Of a stretch of DNA of 64,000 nt, positions 19,701 to 27,964 are shown piece by piece. This DNA comes from an uncultured Thermoplasmata archaeon (lineage in GTDB: Archaea; Thermoplasmatota; Thermoplasmata; Lutacidiplasmatales; UBA184): positions 396,031-460,030 of the forward strand of contig CAVVLX010000007.1 in assembly GCA_963749195.1 (NCBI GenBank). The letters run 5' to 3'. Under the pieces are notes generated by a model, which was not told the origin of the DNA, searched no databases, and saw nothing but the letters and a program-made list of their open reading frames with translations. Positions within the stretch are counted from its first letter, which is position 1. Each line of letters begins with the position of its first letter. Made by a program: the position numbers and the translations under genes.

Positions 19701-19883
19701 GTGGCCGCCCATGGTGGACGATTGTGCCGCGCCGTTCGCGATGCCGTCATGGAGGAGAAGGCGCGACAGTCGAAGGGAACACCGCGGCGGCACGAAGGCC
19801 TCCGGAGGATGGGATATGAGGGCTTGAGCCAGTTGCTGTCATTCCGGCCGCACCGCTCGGACACGGGCTCGCGCAGCTCCTAG
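16749..19883 (+). CDS. class III adenylate/guanylate cyclase domain fused to a STAND AAA_16 ATPase and C-terminal TPR-like helical repeats (1044 aa). There is no C-terminal HTH
   Basis: Cyclase signature VVACLTLDVVGSTDLV...KFLGDGLLATFG with both metal-binding Asp present. Walker A is VGPPGQGKS, Walker B is VVVIEDLHWAD. A long alpha-helical C-terminus follows. Alternative starts exist at 16800 and 16812 (MDLAPSE). Confidence 0.8.
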   Translation: MPPRRVAVRTPGSAYSPMGVSMDLAPSERRVVACLTLDVVGSTDLVVRLGPDQLKAELGRAFADVRNIVELRGGKIEKFLGDGLLATFGVPLSHTDDSERALGAALESVAALEHRRAEGDSLHVRLGVETGEVLVERENRSRDQAHELVGACLNISTRLQEKAGSGQVYVGPTCHELTTDVAEFESMGALRLKGLGEVSAWRLVRLRAPHLTLRPSFVGRAEELLTLRSAFEGARQGHPTLLVIVGPPGQGKSRLSEEFVQTIRPDAELLSARCRPDDENGKENPLRQLLPAEESLSPGLSLRTRLEAMIPGERERERVREALVHSAGVEVIPRFLGMLIPAREGEFLQGWGRYLDGLSAARPVVVVIEDLHWADPSFIRLMDRLTESGSSRLLIVATARPEVVGIAELRPGPNHLRIDLGPLDPQATATLARSVGSSSDANIAHAEGNPLFVLELARAPGRSSPIPMTIQAAIGAHLDELAPDDRGLLGCASVVGETFGVRDVVLLSGRRPAEVAGALARLVHLRYVLQDGGEFRFHHRLVRDVVYGRMAVGERLRLHAVYAQEGSGTEDVETAAHHWWQALGVPDAEWVWKGQPEGATYRAQAFLAQMAASNRHFERASSDRALEVAGRAVKLAGIPEESAKAHELVADIYTMRGDGNDAWVEWQRILAVYQKAGIPTPLRVFTEMVKIPIWMWGIFRQLPRPDEVLALLDEGIRTARATGNALALADLLVNRTNFTGTADGLAEAVATLGSVADNSGVGSVLVQLAGVQSLQGDLESALKTCTRIDSLVQSGVQLDQHQMLLWRFGAFYHAGNLAGAEEIATRVQVLSADQSPHYKTHALGMLAVVRAARGKWSEVPALAQEARRLVSENPYRGFCLVGADAVAWGAIAAVLAKPDVPDWLTPTVSRMVPESPAVQASLLLLPYSMVGQDRYRQKARPAHRLDTGLWHRQIWDQFGVNVTIGLAILERWDELGPYIETLEMVAAHGGRLCRAVRDAVMEEKARQSKGTPRRHEGLRRMGYEGLSQLLSFRPHRSDTGSRSS

Positions 19884-20143
19884 CAACGCTGCGTGGGATC
19901 TCGGCCCGTTCTTCTGGATGATGGGAGCGCTACGCGGCAAAGGGCGGGTCCCGGGCCTGCCGTCGGCGGTGGAAGGGCTTCGCGACTTGCCACCACTGTG
20001 GAGCCAACGATAGGGACACTCAGGGGACCACCTGTCGAGCCGTCACGCATTGCGCGCGAGGAGGGACACTCGCGTGCACGTCGGCACGAGGTAGTGTGAG
20101 CGGTATTAATTGGACCGGCCGCTCAGCCGAGGACATCCAAATC

Positions 20144-20217
20144 GGGCCCGTAGTATAGCTTGGACATCACAGAGGCCTCCGGAGCCTCGAACCCGGGTTC
20201 AAATCCCGGCGGGCCCG
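20144..20217 (+). tRNA. tRNA-Arg (anticodon CCG)
   Basis: Acceptor GGGCCCG/CGGGCCC, anticodon arm GAGGC-CTCCGGA-GCCTC, T arm CCGGG-TTCAAAT-CCCGG. The D-stem is weak (A12:C23 mismatch). No encoded CCA. Confidence 0.75.
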
Positions 20218-20315
20218 TGTCCAACGCGGCGTCGATCTTGAGTGATGAAGACCCCACTCGTCAATCGGACCCGGGCCGAACCCATAAATCGGCTCAGGGG
20301 CTTTGAGGCCAAATC

Positions 20316-21233
20316 ATGGGAGCGGAAGTTCGACGGGACGAGACAAATTTGAGCCCACCCTGGTGGAGGAAACTTCGCGGAAAAGTCGCGTTAGTGACCG
20401 GTTCCAGTCGAGGGGTGGGAAAGGGAATCGCGCTGGTCTTGGGGGAAGCCGGGGCCACGGTGTACGTGACGGGCCGGAGCGTCCGAGAAAATCCCCCCAG
20501 GAAAGGGTCGCCGGGCACGATTCAGGATACGGCGGAAGAAGTCACTCGACGAGGCGGCGTGGGGATTCCCGTCCGTTGCGATCATTCACGCGACCAGGAT
20601 ACCAAGCGACTGATCTCTCGGATACGTCGGGAGCAGGGGCGCCTGGACCTCCTCGTGAACAATGCGTTCGGGGGGGAAGACGGACATCGGCCGATTGTCA
20701 CGTATGACGAGCACCCGTTCTGGAAGCACAACTTCGAGGAATGGTGGTACCGCATGTTCACGGCCTACTTGCGATCCGATCTTGCCGTGACGTTCTATGC
20801 TCTGCCGTTGATGCAAAAGCACTCGAAAGCGCTGATCGTCAACACCTTGTGGTGGAATCGCGGACACTACCTCTACGACCTCTTCTTCGACGTGGCGTCT
20901 TCGGGGGTCGGGAGGATGGCCTATGGTCTGGCTCGCGAGCTCCCCCCTTCGAGGGTGGCCATCGTCGCGGTATCGCCGGGCTGGACCCGAACGGAACACA
21001 TGAATCACCTGCCGGCAAAGATCCTCCGCCGGCTTCCGTCCCCCGAGTACGTCGGCCGAGGGATCGCGTTCCTCGCGATGGACGCGCGGATCGGTCGGAA
21101 GAGCGGCCAAATCCTCGAGATCGGAGCTCTTGCCCGCGAATATGGGTTCACGAATGTGGACGGGCGCCAAGTCGATTATCATGCCAAAATCGCGGAGCGA
21201 CGGCCCCCGGGGTTCGGGCGCCTCAAGGACTAA
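20316..21233 (+). CDS. short-chain dehydrogenase/reductase (SDR)
   Basis: GKVALVTGSSRGVGKGIAL (TGxxxGxG) and downstream catalytic-region Y/K. Confidence 0.8.
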   Translation: MGAEVRRDETNLSPPWWRKLRGKVALVTGSSRGVGKGIALVLGEAGATVYVTGRSVRENPPRKGSPGTIQDTAEEVTRRGGVGIPVRCDHSRDQDTKRLISRIRREQGRLDLLVNNAFGGEDGHRPIVTYDEHPFWKHNFEEWWYRMFTAYLRSDLAVTFYALPLMQKHSKALIVNTLWWNRGHYLYDLFFDVASSGVGRMAYGLARELPPSRVAIVAVSPGWTRTEHMNHLPAKILRRLPSPEYVGRGIAFLAMDARIGRKSGQILEIGALAREYGFTNVDGRQVDYHAKIAERRPPGFGRLKD

Positions 21234-21384
21234 TCTCGTCATCTGCGTGAGCGTTCGGCTCCTGTAGAATCCTTCGTTATCCCCGTCGATTCGGCTGACT
21301 TCACGAAGAGCAAACTCAGGAAATTCCACGTAGGGGGGGTCGCCAACGTTCAAGTAACCGGCGGGGATTCCCCGCCGGCGAGGC

Positions 21385-21783
21385 ATGCCGACCACGAAGC
21401 CCTCCGATCCCCCGGTTGAGGGCGAGTCGATGACTCCCTCGAGCGAGGGGGCGCAACTGGTCGATCGAATTGCGAGTGAACTCGATCTATTGTCTCGGAA
21501 CGTCGATATCGTGGGACGACTTTCCGGAAGCCCTCCGATGGGCATTATCCGGCTCAGCGAAGCGCTCCATCTCCCGATTCACAAGGTGCGCTATTCGTTG
21601 CACCTACTGGAACGGGAGGGGGTGATCCAGCCCTCGGCCGACGGGGCCGTCGTAACCGACAAAGCGCGCGAATTCTGGGCGTCCCTCGATCGATCGCTCG
21701 ATCAGATGGCCGCGGCGATTCAGCACCTCAAAGAGCGCGCGGCGGAGACCAAAGCCCGTCCGCCGGGTCGGAAAGGCTATTAG
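21385..21783 (+). CDS. small winged-helix DNA-binding protein (TrmB/MarR-like)
   Basis: 132 aa; IIRLSEALHLPIHKVRYSLHLLEREGVI resembles a wHTH recognition helix and wing. Confidence 0.4.
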   Translation: MPTTKPSDPPVEGESMTPSSEGAQLVDRIASELDLLSRNVDIVGRLSGSPPMGIIRLSEALHLPIHKVRYSLHLLEREGVIQPSADGAVVTDKAREFWASLDRSLDQMAAAIQHLKERAAETKARPPGRKGY

Positions 21784-21809
21784 AGGCGCGACCGCTCGAC
21801 ACTCCCGGT

Positions 21810-21916
21810 GCCGCCGTAGCTCAGCGGCAGAGCGATCGGCTGTTAACCGAAAGGTCAGCGGTTCGAAAGTACGGGGGCGCAGATCGCACACCCGTCCGGA
21901 ACTCCGCTCGGCGGCG
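21810..21916 (+). tRNA. tRNA-Asn (anticodon GTT) with a roughly 35-nt intron in the T-loop (59/60 or 60/61), not at the canonical 37/38 position
   Basis: GCCGCCG-TA-GCTC-AGCGGCA-GAGC-G-ATCGG-CTGTTAA-CCGAA-AGGTC-AGCGG-TTCGAA[A] ... intron GTACGGGGGCGCAGATCGCACACCCGTCCGGAAC ... [T]CCGCT-CGGCGGC-G. The mature length is 72 nt. The intron has an internal ACGGG/CCCGT helix. Confidence 0.65.
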
Positions 21917-21939
21917 CCTCGGGGTCAAGGCGTTTTGAT

Positions 21940-22015
21940 GGGCCCGTAGCTTAGTCCGGTTCAGAGCGACCGGCTCATAACCGGTCGGTCGACGGTTCAA
22001 ATCCGTCCGGGCCCA
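21940..22015 (+). tRNA. tRNA with anticodon CAT, elongator tRNA-Met type (could be tRNA-Ile2). It is not an initiator, as it lacks A1:U72
   Basis: GGGCCCG-TA-GCTT-(11-nt D loop)-GAGC-G-ACCGG-CTCATAA-CCGGT-CGGTC-GACGG-TTCAAAT-CCGTC-CGGGCCC-A. Confidence 0.8.
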
Positions 22016-22412
22016 TCTCCATGGGGGGCATCCCCCCTCGCCCGAACCCATTCTACGACCCTCGTTTTGAGGCGACGGGATCGCTAATGGGAAGCGGGCT
22101 GCGTCGGCATCCCCCGTCGGCCGAACCCGGGCATCGGAAGGAGAAATCTGGGTCTGAACTCTGGCGGCTGCTCCCTTCCCGTTGGAGCCGAGTCAGCGGG
22201 TTAACGAGCTGGGCCGTTCGAATCCTTCGAGCGTGGCGGCGAACTCCTTTGTCGAGCACCTCGGGTCCGGGGATGAGCGGGTGACGCTGCTCGGCGTCAC
22301 GTTTCAGCGCTCTCATGTGTGGTGGAAAGATCGCGTCGCCTTCGCTGTCCCACTTCTATTCCCTTACGCGGTTAAATCACTCCAGGGCGATAGACCCCCG
22401 AGGAGCGGGAAC

Positions 22413-22868
22413 ATGCCGGGGAAGTTCGAACGCGCCATGGACCACCATTATTGCATCCGGGCAGAACCTGCCGTGCTCTTTCGGGCGCGGACCCAGCCGG
22501 CCGGGCTCCCCCGCTGGCTCTACGATACCGCAGAGATCTCCCCCTGGAAGGGAGGCTCCTCTCGGATCGGCTGGAGGGACGGGCCGACCCACGCCGGGAC
22601 GACGGTCGACGTCGTTCCGGGAAAAAGAATTGCCCTTTCGCGGTCGGGGCCGGGCGTCGGGCTCGACGAGACGGTGTGCTCTTTCGTGACCGAACCCCAG
22701 GAGGTTGGCTCACCCCCCCGCATCGTGCACGGCGGATTCCCTCACCGGGGGGAGTGGGTCGACCTGTACGAAGGTGCGGATCCGGGCTGGGCGTACTTCG
22801 AGAGGAACCTCAAGGTGGTCCGCGAGCAACGACCCGACCTTCCGTCGGAGTCGCAGGGTTGGGTTTGA
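22413..22868 (+). CDS. SRPBCC-superfamily protein (AHSA1 / polyketide-cyclase-like)
   Basis: From ATG 22413 MPGKFERAMDHHYCIRAEPAVLFRARTQPAGLPRWL.... The upstream 77 aa of the track ORF look non-coding. Confidence 0.5.
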   Translation: MPGKFERAMDHHYCIRAEPAVLFRARTQPAGLPRWLYDTAEISPWKGGSSRIGWRDGPTHAGTTVDVVPGKRIALSRSGPGVGLDETVCSFVTEPQEVGSPPRIVHGGFPHRGEWVDLYEGADPGWAYFERNLKVVREQRPDLPSESQGWV

Positions 22869-22870
22869 CC

Positions 22871-23455
22871 ATGTCGGAGCATCGGAGGATCATCCTGAGC
22901 ATGTACTTGACTCTGGACGGGTACAACGAGTTTCCGGATTACCCTGGATCGCTACCGTCCGCATCGGAGCCCGACTTAGTTGCCGACGCCATGTGGATCC
23001 AGCGATGGGGATCCATCGACACTCTCCTTTTCGACCAGGAGACGTACGATCAATGGGCCGACTTCTGGCCAATCTCCAAGCGAACGTCAGAAGAGCATCC
23101 GTGGTTTCGACAGATGTCCGAATTCGCCGAGAAGGCTCAGAAGGTCGTAATCTCGGATTCGGCCGTAGGAACTACGTGGGCCAACTCCAGGATGCTCGAC
23201 GGAGACGTCGGTGCGGCCGTGGCCCGAGTGCGAACGGAGCCGGGCAAGAACATGGTCGTGGTCGCGCCCGGCCTAGGAAGGGAGCTCATGCGCCGAGGCC
23301 TTATCGACGACTACCTCTTGGCGGTTTGTCCGGTCATCCTGGGGAAGGGTCATCAGTTCTTTGGGGCGCTGGAAGTTCAGCAGACGCTACGGCTCGTCGA
23401 AGTCAAGCACTTCAAGGCGGGTGAGCTGTTCCTACACTACGAGAGCGCGCGATAA
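22871..23455 (+). CDS. dihydrofolate-reductase-like protein (RibD C-terminal domain family)
   Basis: From ATG 22871 MSEHRRIILSMYLTLDGYNEFPD..., a RibD_C-type start. 194 aa. Placed 2 nt after the preceding stop. Confidence 0.7.
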   Translation: MSEHRRIILSMYLTLDGYNEFPDYPGSLPSASEPDLVADAMWIQRWGSIDTLLFDQETYDQWADFWPISKRTSEEHPWFRQMSEFAEKAQKVVISDSAVGTTWANSRMLDGDVGAAVARVRTEPGKNMVVVAPGLGRELMRRGLIDDYLLAVCPVILGKGHQFFGALEVQQTLRLVEVKHFKAGELFLHYESAR

Positions 23456-23562
23456 GAATGCCCTGATTTCACGGAGCCCGAGCCTAACCTTCCGAACGCC
23501 TCCCGATCAAAGGCGGCAGCGCAAAGGGGTTCCGGCGGGGCCAGGCGACCCACAAGGCCGAG

Positions 23563-24258
23563 TTATCGGCCCAGGAATTCGCGAGGAGCGCGCTGAATGA
23601 GATCATCGAGGCGAGAACTTACCTCCTTCGTAACGGGAACCCCATGACCCGGGAGCAAGATCTCCGCATCCAGGGCCCGAATCCGGGAAAGCGACTGCAC
23701 GGCTTGGTCCAAACTGGAGGCAAATCTCGCGGCGGGAATGGTAAGCTGACCCTTCCATTCGACCACGGCATCACCCGAAAAAAGGATCTTCCGACCCGCG
23801 TGATAGAAGACCACCTCTCCGGGCGTATGACCAGGGGCATGGACGACGAGCAGGGGCCCAATTCGGTCCCCATCGTTCAATACCACCGCGACGGGTGCCG
23901 GATGGATCCGCAGAAAGAGTCGCATCAGGAGCGGCATCGGCGGTTTCGTTCGGCCGTCGACAAATGGCACGTCCTTGCGATGACAGGAAATGGGCGCCTT
24001 CGTGGTCTCCCGGAGATACGCCGCCCCTCCCATGTGATCGATGTGATGGTGGGTCAGGAGTAACTTGCCAACGGACGCAAGCGGTACATTGGCGCGTTGA
24101 AACGCTCGTACGATGGGTTTGGCCTTACGAGCGGAACCGGTGTCGATGAGGTACGTTTCGTTCCCCTCGCGAAACGTGTAGCTATTCACATATCCGGGAA
24201 TTCGACCGACGTCGTCTACGACCCGCTCCCCGGCCACCGTTCCGTTTCCGTTCGCCAT
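23563..24258 (-). CDS. MBL-fold metallo-hydrolase
   Basis: LLLTHHHIDHMGG (HxHxDH) and downstream His/Asp ligands (GHTPGE, PGHG). Confidence 0.85.
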   Translation of the reverse strand: MANGNGTVAGERVVDDVGRIPGYVNSYTFREGNETYLIDTGSARKAKPIVRAFQRANVPLASVGKLLLTHHHIDHMGGAAYLRETTKAPISCHRKDVPFVDGRTKPPMPLLMRLFLRIHPAPVAVVLNDGDRIGPLLVVHAPGHTPGEVVFYHAGRKILFSGDAVVEWKGQLTIPAARFASSLDQAVQSLSRIRALDAEILLPGHGVPVTKEVSSRLDDLIQRAPREFLGR

Positions 24259-24586
24259 TTAGAACCCCTGATTGCGAGAGTGGTGAAGAGGAAGTGCGTT
24301 GCCCGTATCTCCGATTGGACCGGCCGACATCGGGGCGGGCAGGTCGATCCGACCGATGAAGATGCCTCTGCCACGACGAGCGAATTGTCCGCCCCTCTTC
24401 GGCCAATTCGATCGTCGGTGTGACTGCCCAGAGATTGGCAACCTGTGCGCAAGCTCCAGCGGAGTGGTCGGAGCGAGACGACAAGGGGGGGCCGTCGGGG
24501 ATTTAACCGTCGGAGGCTGAGCGCTCTCTCCGAACGAGCGGCAGGTAATTCCATCCGGCGGTTCGTACAGAAGGGGGAGAAGGTCG

Positions 24587-25696
24587 ATGGCCACCGAGGG
24601 CGCGCGCTTGGAGGGGTCGGGGTCACTCCCCGCGATCTCGGTCATAGTGGGGGCCTACACGCGCTCCCGGTATCTCGTCGACGCTCTCACGTCGGTGTTG
24701 GAACAGACCATCGATCCGAACGAGATCGAGATCTTGGTGACCAAGGGATTCGAGAATCCGGAAATCGACCGGTTCCTCGAGGAGCGCCGGATCCCTTCCA
24801 TCAACGATCGCGAGCCTCGAATCGGGCGATGGTTACTCAATGCGATCGAACGCACGCGGGCTCCGCTGGTCGCGATCTTGAATGACGACGACCTGTTCGA
24901 ACCCGAACGCCTCGCGCACGTCGTCTCCATTTTCCGCGAACGCCCATGGCTGGGGTATTATCGAAACCGTATCTCGGCGATCGATTCCGAAGGACGGGCG
25001 GTGCCCCGGACCGAGTGGAGCCGGCTGTTCTTGGACGCAGAGTTCGACCGGACGGGTCCGCTCGAAATTCAATCCGCGGAGAAGGATGCCCGAGTGCCTG
25101 AGCTTCGGCGCACGTTTGCGGCATTCAACGCGAGCGCGATCGTGGTCCGACGCGAGCTCCTGACCGGGGCCTTGGCGGTACGATTCGTCGAAACGCATCA
25201 GGACGATGAGGCCCTCTTCTTGGCGGCGATCCTCGCGCCCTATGGGCTATACCTGGATGACCAACGATTGACCCGCTTCCGGGACCATCCGGGAAACGTC
25301 ACGCGCGAGATCGATAATCTGCAACAGATCGTCGCGTCGATGGAACGGATTTCCGAAGCGTATCGATCCTCCGGTCACCCGGGTTTCGCCGAGTGGCTGA
25401 ACGAATTGGAGGTCAAGCGACGCTGGGAGCTGCACGTGCGGTCGATCGAAGCGGCGATCCGACAGGCCGCCCCCCGACGCCAGGTCCTCCACTTTGCCGC
25501 CGGGTACTATCGGTTTGTCCGACGCACCCCCCGAATCCCACGGGCCAGCTTGCGTACATGGGGAATCCAGATGCACGCCCTCGCCTACGTAGTTGCACCA
25601 GCCGCCGCACGTCGATTGCTGGCCAAACGAACCTACGATCGCACCCCTCCGCACCTGCGATCTGGCCCGGGGAAGGGTCACCCAACCACTGCGTAG
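24587..25696 (+). CDS. glycosyltransferase family 2 with a C-terminal extension of about 140 aa
   Basis: ISVIVGAYTRSRYLVDALTSVLEQT...ILNDDD (GT-A fold DxD). Confidence 0.7.
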   Translation: MATEGARLEGSGSLPAISVIVGAYTRSRYLVDALTSVLEQTIDPNEIEILVTKGFENPEIDRFLEERRIPSINDREPRIGRWLLNAIERTRAPLVAILNDDDLFEPERLAHVVSIFRERPWLGYYRNRISAIDSEGRAVPRTEWSRLFLDAEFDRTGPLEIQSAEKDARVPELRRTFAAFNASAIVVRRELLTGALAVRFVETHQDDEALFLAAILAPYGLYLDDQRLTRFRDHPGNVTREIDNLQQIVASMERISEAYRSSGHPGFAEWLNELEVKRRWELHVRSIEAAIRQAAPRRQVLHFAAGYYRFVRRTPRIPRASLRTWGIQMHALAYVVAPAAARRLLAKRTYDRTPPHLRSGPGKGHPTTA

Positions 25697-25783
25697 TTTC
25701 GCTCGATGGGCGCGGGGTCAATCCGCGAACGGCGGCGATCCGCGATAAGGTGGTACAGAACGGAAGGGGTTGGAACAGGAGAC

Positions 25784-26182
25784 TCAGCAACAGCCGCCGC
25801 CCCCGGCGCCGCAGCCGCATCCGCTCCCGATCGGAGCAGCGGGTTCTGGACGCTGGGGCGAGACGATCTTGAAGCCGGTCTGTTCGAGTTCCTGGACGTA
25901 GTCGATGCGAGCGCCGTCCAATTGGGACGCGGTCGATGGGTCGGCGACCAGCGCGAAGCCGTCGACTTTGACCACTTCATCGCCGTTTCGGGGTCGGTCG
26001 AAGGACATTCCGAACGATGGTCCCGACGTGGCTTCCCCGCCGCATCCGCAGGCGTCGCCTCCGCCACAGCCGCCCCCGCTTTCCTGAAGGAACACGCGAA
26101 CCGCCGTACCGGGTGCCTGACTCTTGATGAGCTCCCGAACCTGGGATTGGGCTTCTGGTGAAACTTCGATCTGAATACTCAT
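25784..26182 (-). CDS. HesB/IscA-family iron-sulfur cluster insertion protein paralogue with Gly/Cys-rich insertions
   Basis: MSIQIEVSPEAQSQVRELIK...VRVFLQESGGGCGGGDACGCGGEATSGPSFGMSFD...C-terminal GSGCGCGAGGGGCC. It has the IscA scaffold plus extra Cys/Gly runs. Confidence 0.6.
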   Translation of the reverse strand: MSIQIEVSPEAQSQVRELIKSQAPGTAVRVFLQESGGGCGGGDACGCGGEATSGPSFGMSFDRPRNGDEVVKVDGFALVADPSTASQLDGARIDYVQELEQTGFKIVSPQRPEPAAPIGSGCGCGAGGGGCC

Positions 26183-26270
26183 AGTCGGGGCCCTCCTTCA
26201 ACAACCCCAAGGTACGAACGGGGAGGCGGTATATAACGGCCGCTCGGGAGAAGACCGCAAGTAGGGCAGC

Positions 26271-26600
26271 CTAGGCCGAGAAGGATTTCCCACAGGAGCA
26301 GGTTTCCTTCGCGTTCGGATTGTAGATTTTAAACCCCGAAGCGTCGAGTCCCATCAAGAAATCGACCTTGATCCCTTCGAGCAGCGGAGCGCTCGAGCGA
26401 TCGACGACGACTGTGAGGTTGGCATCGTGGTATGCCACCTCATCGCCGGATTCGGCTTTGTCGAACGTCATGCCGTAGGTCAAGCCTGAGCAACCGCCTC
26501 CCTGAACGAACAGTCGGAGCGCGGTGCCGTCCTTTCCTTGACGGCTCATGATCTTGAGCACCTGGTCCCGAGCCTGCGGGGTGACTTCTACCTGAACCAT
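26271..26600 (-). CDS. HesB/IscA-family iron-sulfur cluster insertion protein (canonical)
   Basis: From ATG 26600 MVQVEVTPQARDQVLKIM...ALRLFVQGGGCSGLTYGMTFD...CSCGKSF. The upstream rc context (+ aggggacc at 26601..26608) reads like an SD. Confidence 0.8.
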   Translation of the reverse strand: MVQVEVTPQARDQVLKIMSRQGKDGTALRLFVQGGGCSGLTYGMTFDKAESGDEVAYHDANLTVVVDRSSAPLLEGIKVDFLMGLDASGFKIYNPNAKETCSCGKSFSA

Positions 26601-26716
26601 AGGGGACCTTCCGAATAGATGTACTCCGAGGTGTGTAAAAGGCTTTGCTGGTCCGGCCGAAATCTTCTCCTGGGCCACGTCATCCCTTATCTAGGGTGGA
26701 CTACTATCTACCTCCA

Positions 26717-27577
26717 ATGTGTCGATTGTTCGGCCTGATTGCGGACCCGATCATCCCGGCGGAACCCTGGCTGCTCACCTCCGAGCGATCGCTGCTGCGA
26801 CAGGCCGATGTAACTCCCGAGACCGCTCAACGCGATGGATGGGGCGTTGCGTGGTACGACCGTCGGCACCGGCCCCATGTAGTGAAAGGCGTCCGGGGAG
26901 CTTCCGATCTGGCCGAAAAGGACCGCTTTACCAAGGCCGCCAAGGATGCCTCGGGATCGGTGGTGCTCGGGCACTTGCGGCACGCGAGCAATCCGATGAA
27001 TCTCCCTCACGATCGTTTGATCGCGGTCGAGAATAGTCAACCCTTCCAGTACGAGGGCTACCTCTTCGCGCATAATGGCATGATTCCCCTACCTCGGGAA
27101 ACTCGACCGCTCCTCGGCGCCATGGAGCCGATGGTCCAAGGCGTCAACGACAGCGAAGTCCTATTCTGGCTCCTGGTTCGTCACATCGAGGAGAGTCGCG
27201 ATCCTCTCCAAGCGTACGTGCGGACCGTGGAGGATCTGACCCAGGTGTGGAACGAGCATGGACGTCCGAAGAGCGGACCGTACTCGGGATTGAACGTGCT
27301 GATCTCCACCGGGCCGACCGAACTATGGGCCTTCTGCAGCTCGATCGGCGACCACGGAACCGGGCTACTCGACTCGACCCGCCCGTACTATCAGATGACC
27401 TACTCGGCCGATTCGAAACACGTCGTCGTGGGAAGCGAACCCTTCGACGCCGCGACGAAGACGTGGCGGAATCTCGAGAACAATCAATATCTCCACGCCC
27501 AAGCGGGACAAGGATTGGTCGGGACGCGAGTGGGCGACATCCCATTGCCAGCCCAGATTTCGGCCCTCACCCGATGA
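26717..27577 (+). CDS. class II (Ntn) glutamine amidotransferase, YafJ/EgtC family
   Basis: From ATG 26717 MCRLFG... (Cys2 nucleophile), GWGVAWYD, HLRHAS...FAHNG. This pattern matches EgtC/YafJ. Confidence 0.7.
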   Translation: MCRLFGLIADPIIPAEPWLLTSERSLLRQADVTPETAQRDGWGVAWYDRRHRPHVVKGVRGASDLAEKDRFTKAAKDASGSVVLGHLRHASNPMNLPHDRLIAVENSQPFQYEGYLFAHNGMIPLPRETRPLLGAMEPMVQGVNDSEVLFWLLVRHIEESRDPLQAYVRTVEDLTQVWNEHGRPKSGPYSGLNVLISTGPTELWAFCSSIGDHGTGLLDSTRPYYQMTYSADSKHVVVGSEPFDAATKTWRNLENNQYLHAQAGQGLVGTRVGDIPLPAQISALTR

Positions 27578-27634
27578 GGAGTTCCGCCGACCCGCCAGCC
27601 GTATATTGAGGGAGTGCCGTCTCCGGCTGCGAGT

Positions 27635-27904
27635 ATGGCGACGATCCGCTTGGACCCGATGTTGCGCGACTTCATTCCCCGCCAAACGGTGACGTCCGAG
27701 TCATCCAGTGTCCACGCGATGCTGCTGGAGTTGGAGGCGACCTATCCCCGCCTTCAATTCCGGATCCGAGATGAAACGGGGGCACTGCGCCGTTTCGTGC
27801 GCATTTTTGTCAACGGCAACCAGATCGAATCGCTGCAGGGAATGGATACACCGCTCGGGGTCCGCGACGAGGTCGATATTCTTCACTCGATTCAAGGAGG
27901 ATGA
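27635..27904 (+). CDS. MoaD/ThiS-family ubiquitin-like sulfur-carrier protein (SAMP-like) ending in Gly-Gly
   Basis: From ATG 27635 MATIRLDPMLRDF...RIFVNGNQ...DEVDILHSIQGG-stop. A GAGGGA SD-like sequence sits upstream. Confidence 0.65.
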   Translation: MATIRLDPMLRDFIPRQTVTSESSSVHAMLLELEATYPRLQFRIRDETGALRRFVRIFVNGNQIESLQGMDTPLGVRDEVDILHSIQGG

Positions 27905-27964
27905 CCGGCCCCGGCGCGATCTCCCCCGCTGCGCCAGTGGAGGAGGGCCCGCAAGGGCGGCCAC

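Noticed and set aside
20144-24258. tRNA-proximal genomic island or integrated element (three tRNAs within 2 kb)
   Set aside because: No integrase, recombinase, transposase, or direct repeat of a tRNA 3' end could be found by eye. The neighbouring genes are small metabolic genes with native-looking composition. Only the cyclase-STAND gene 5' of tRNA-Arg looks acquired.
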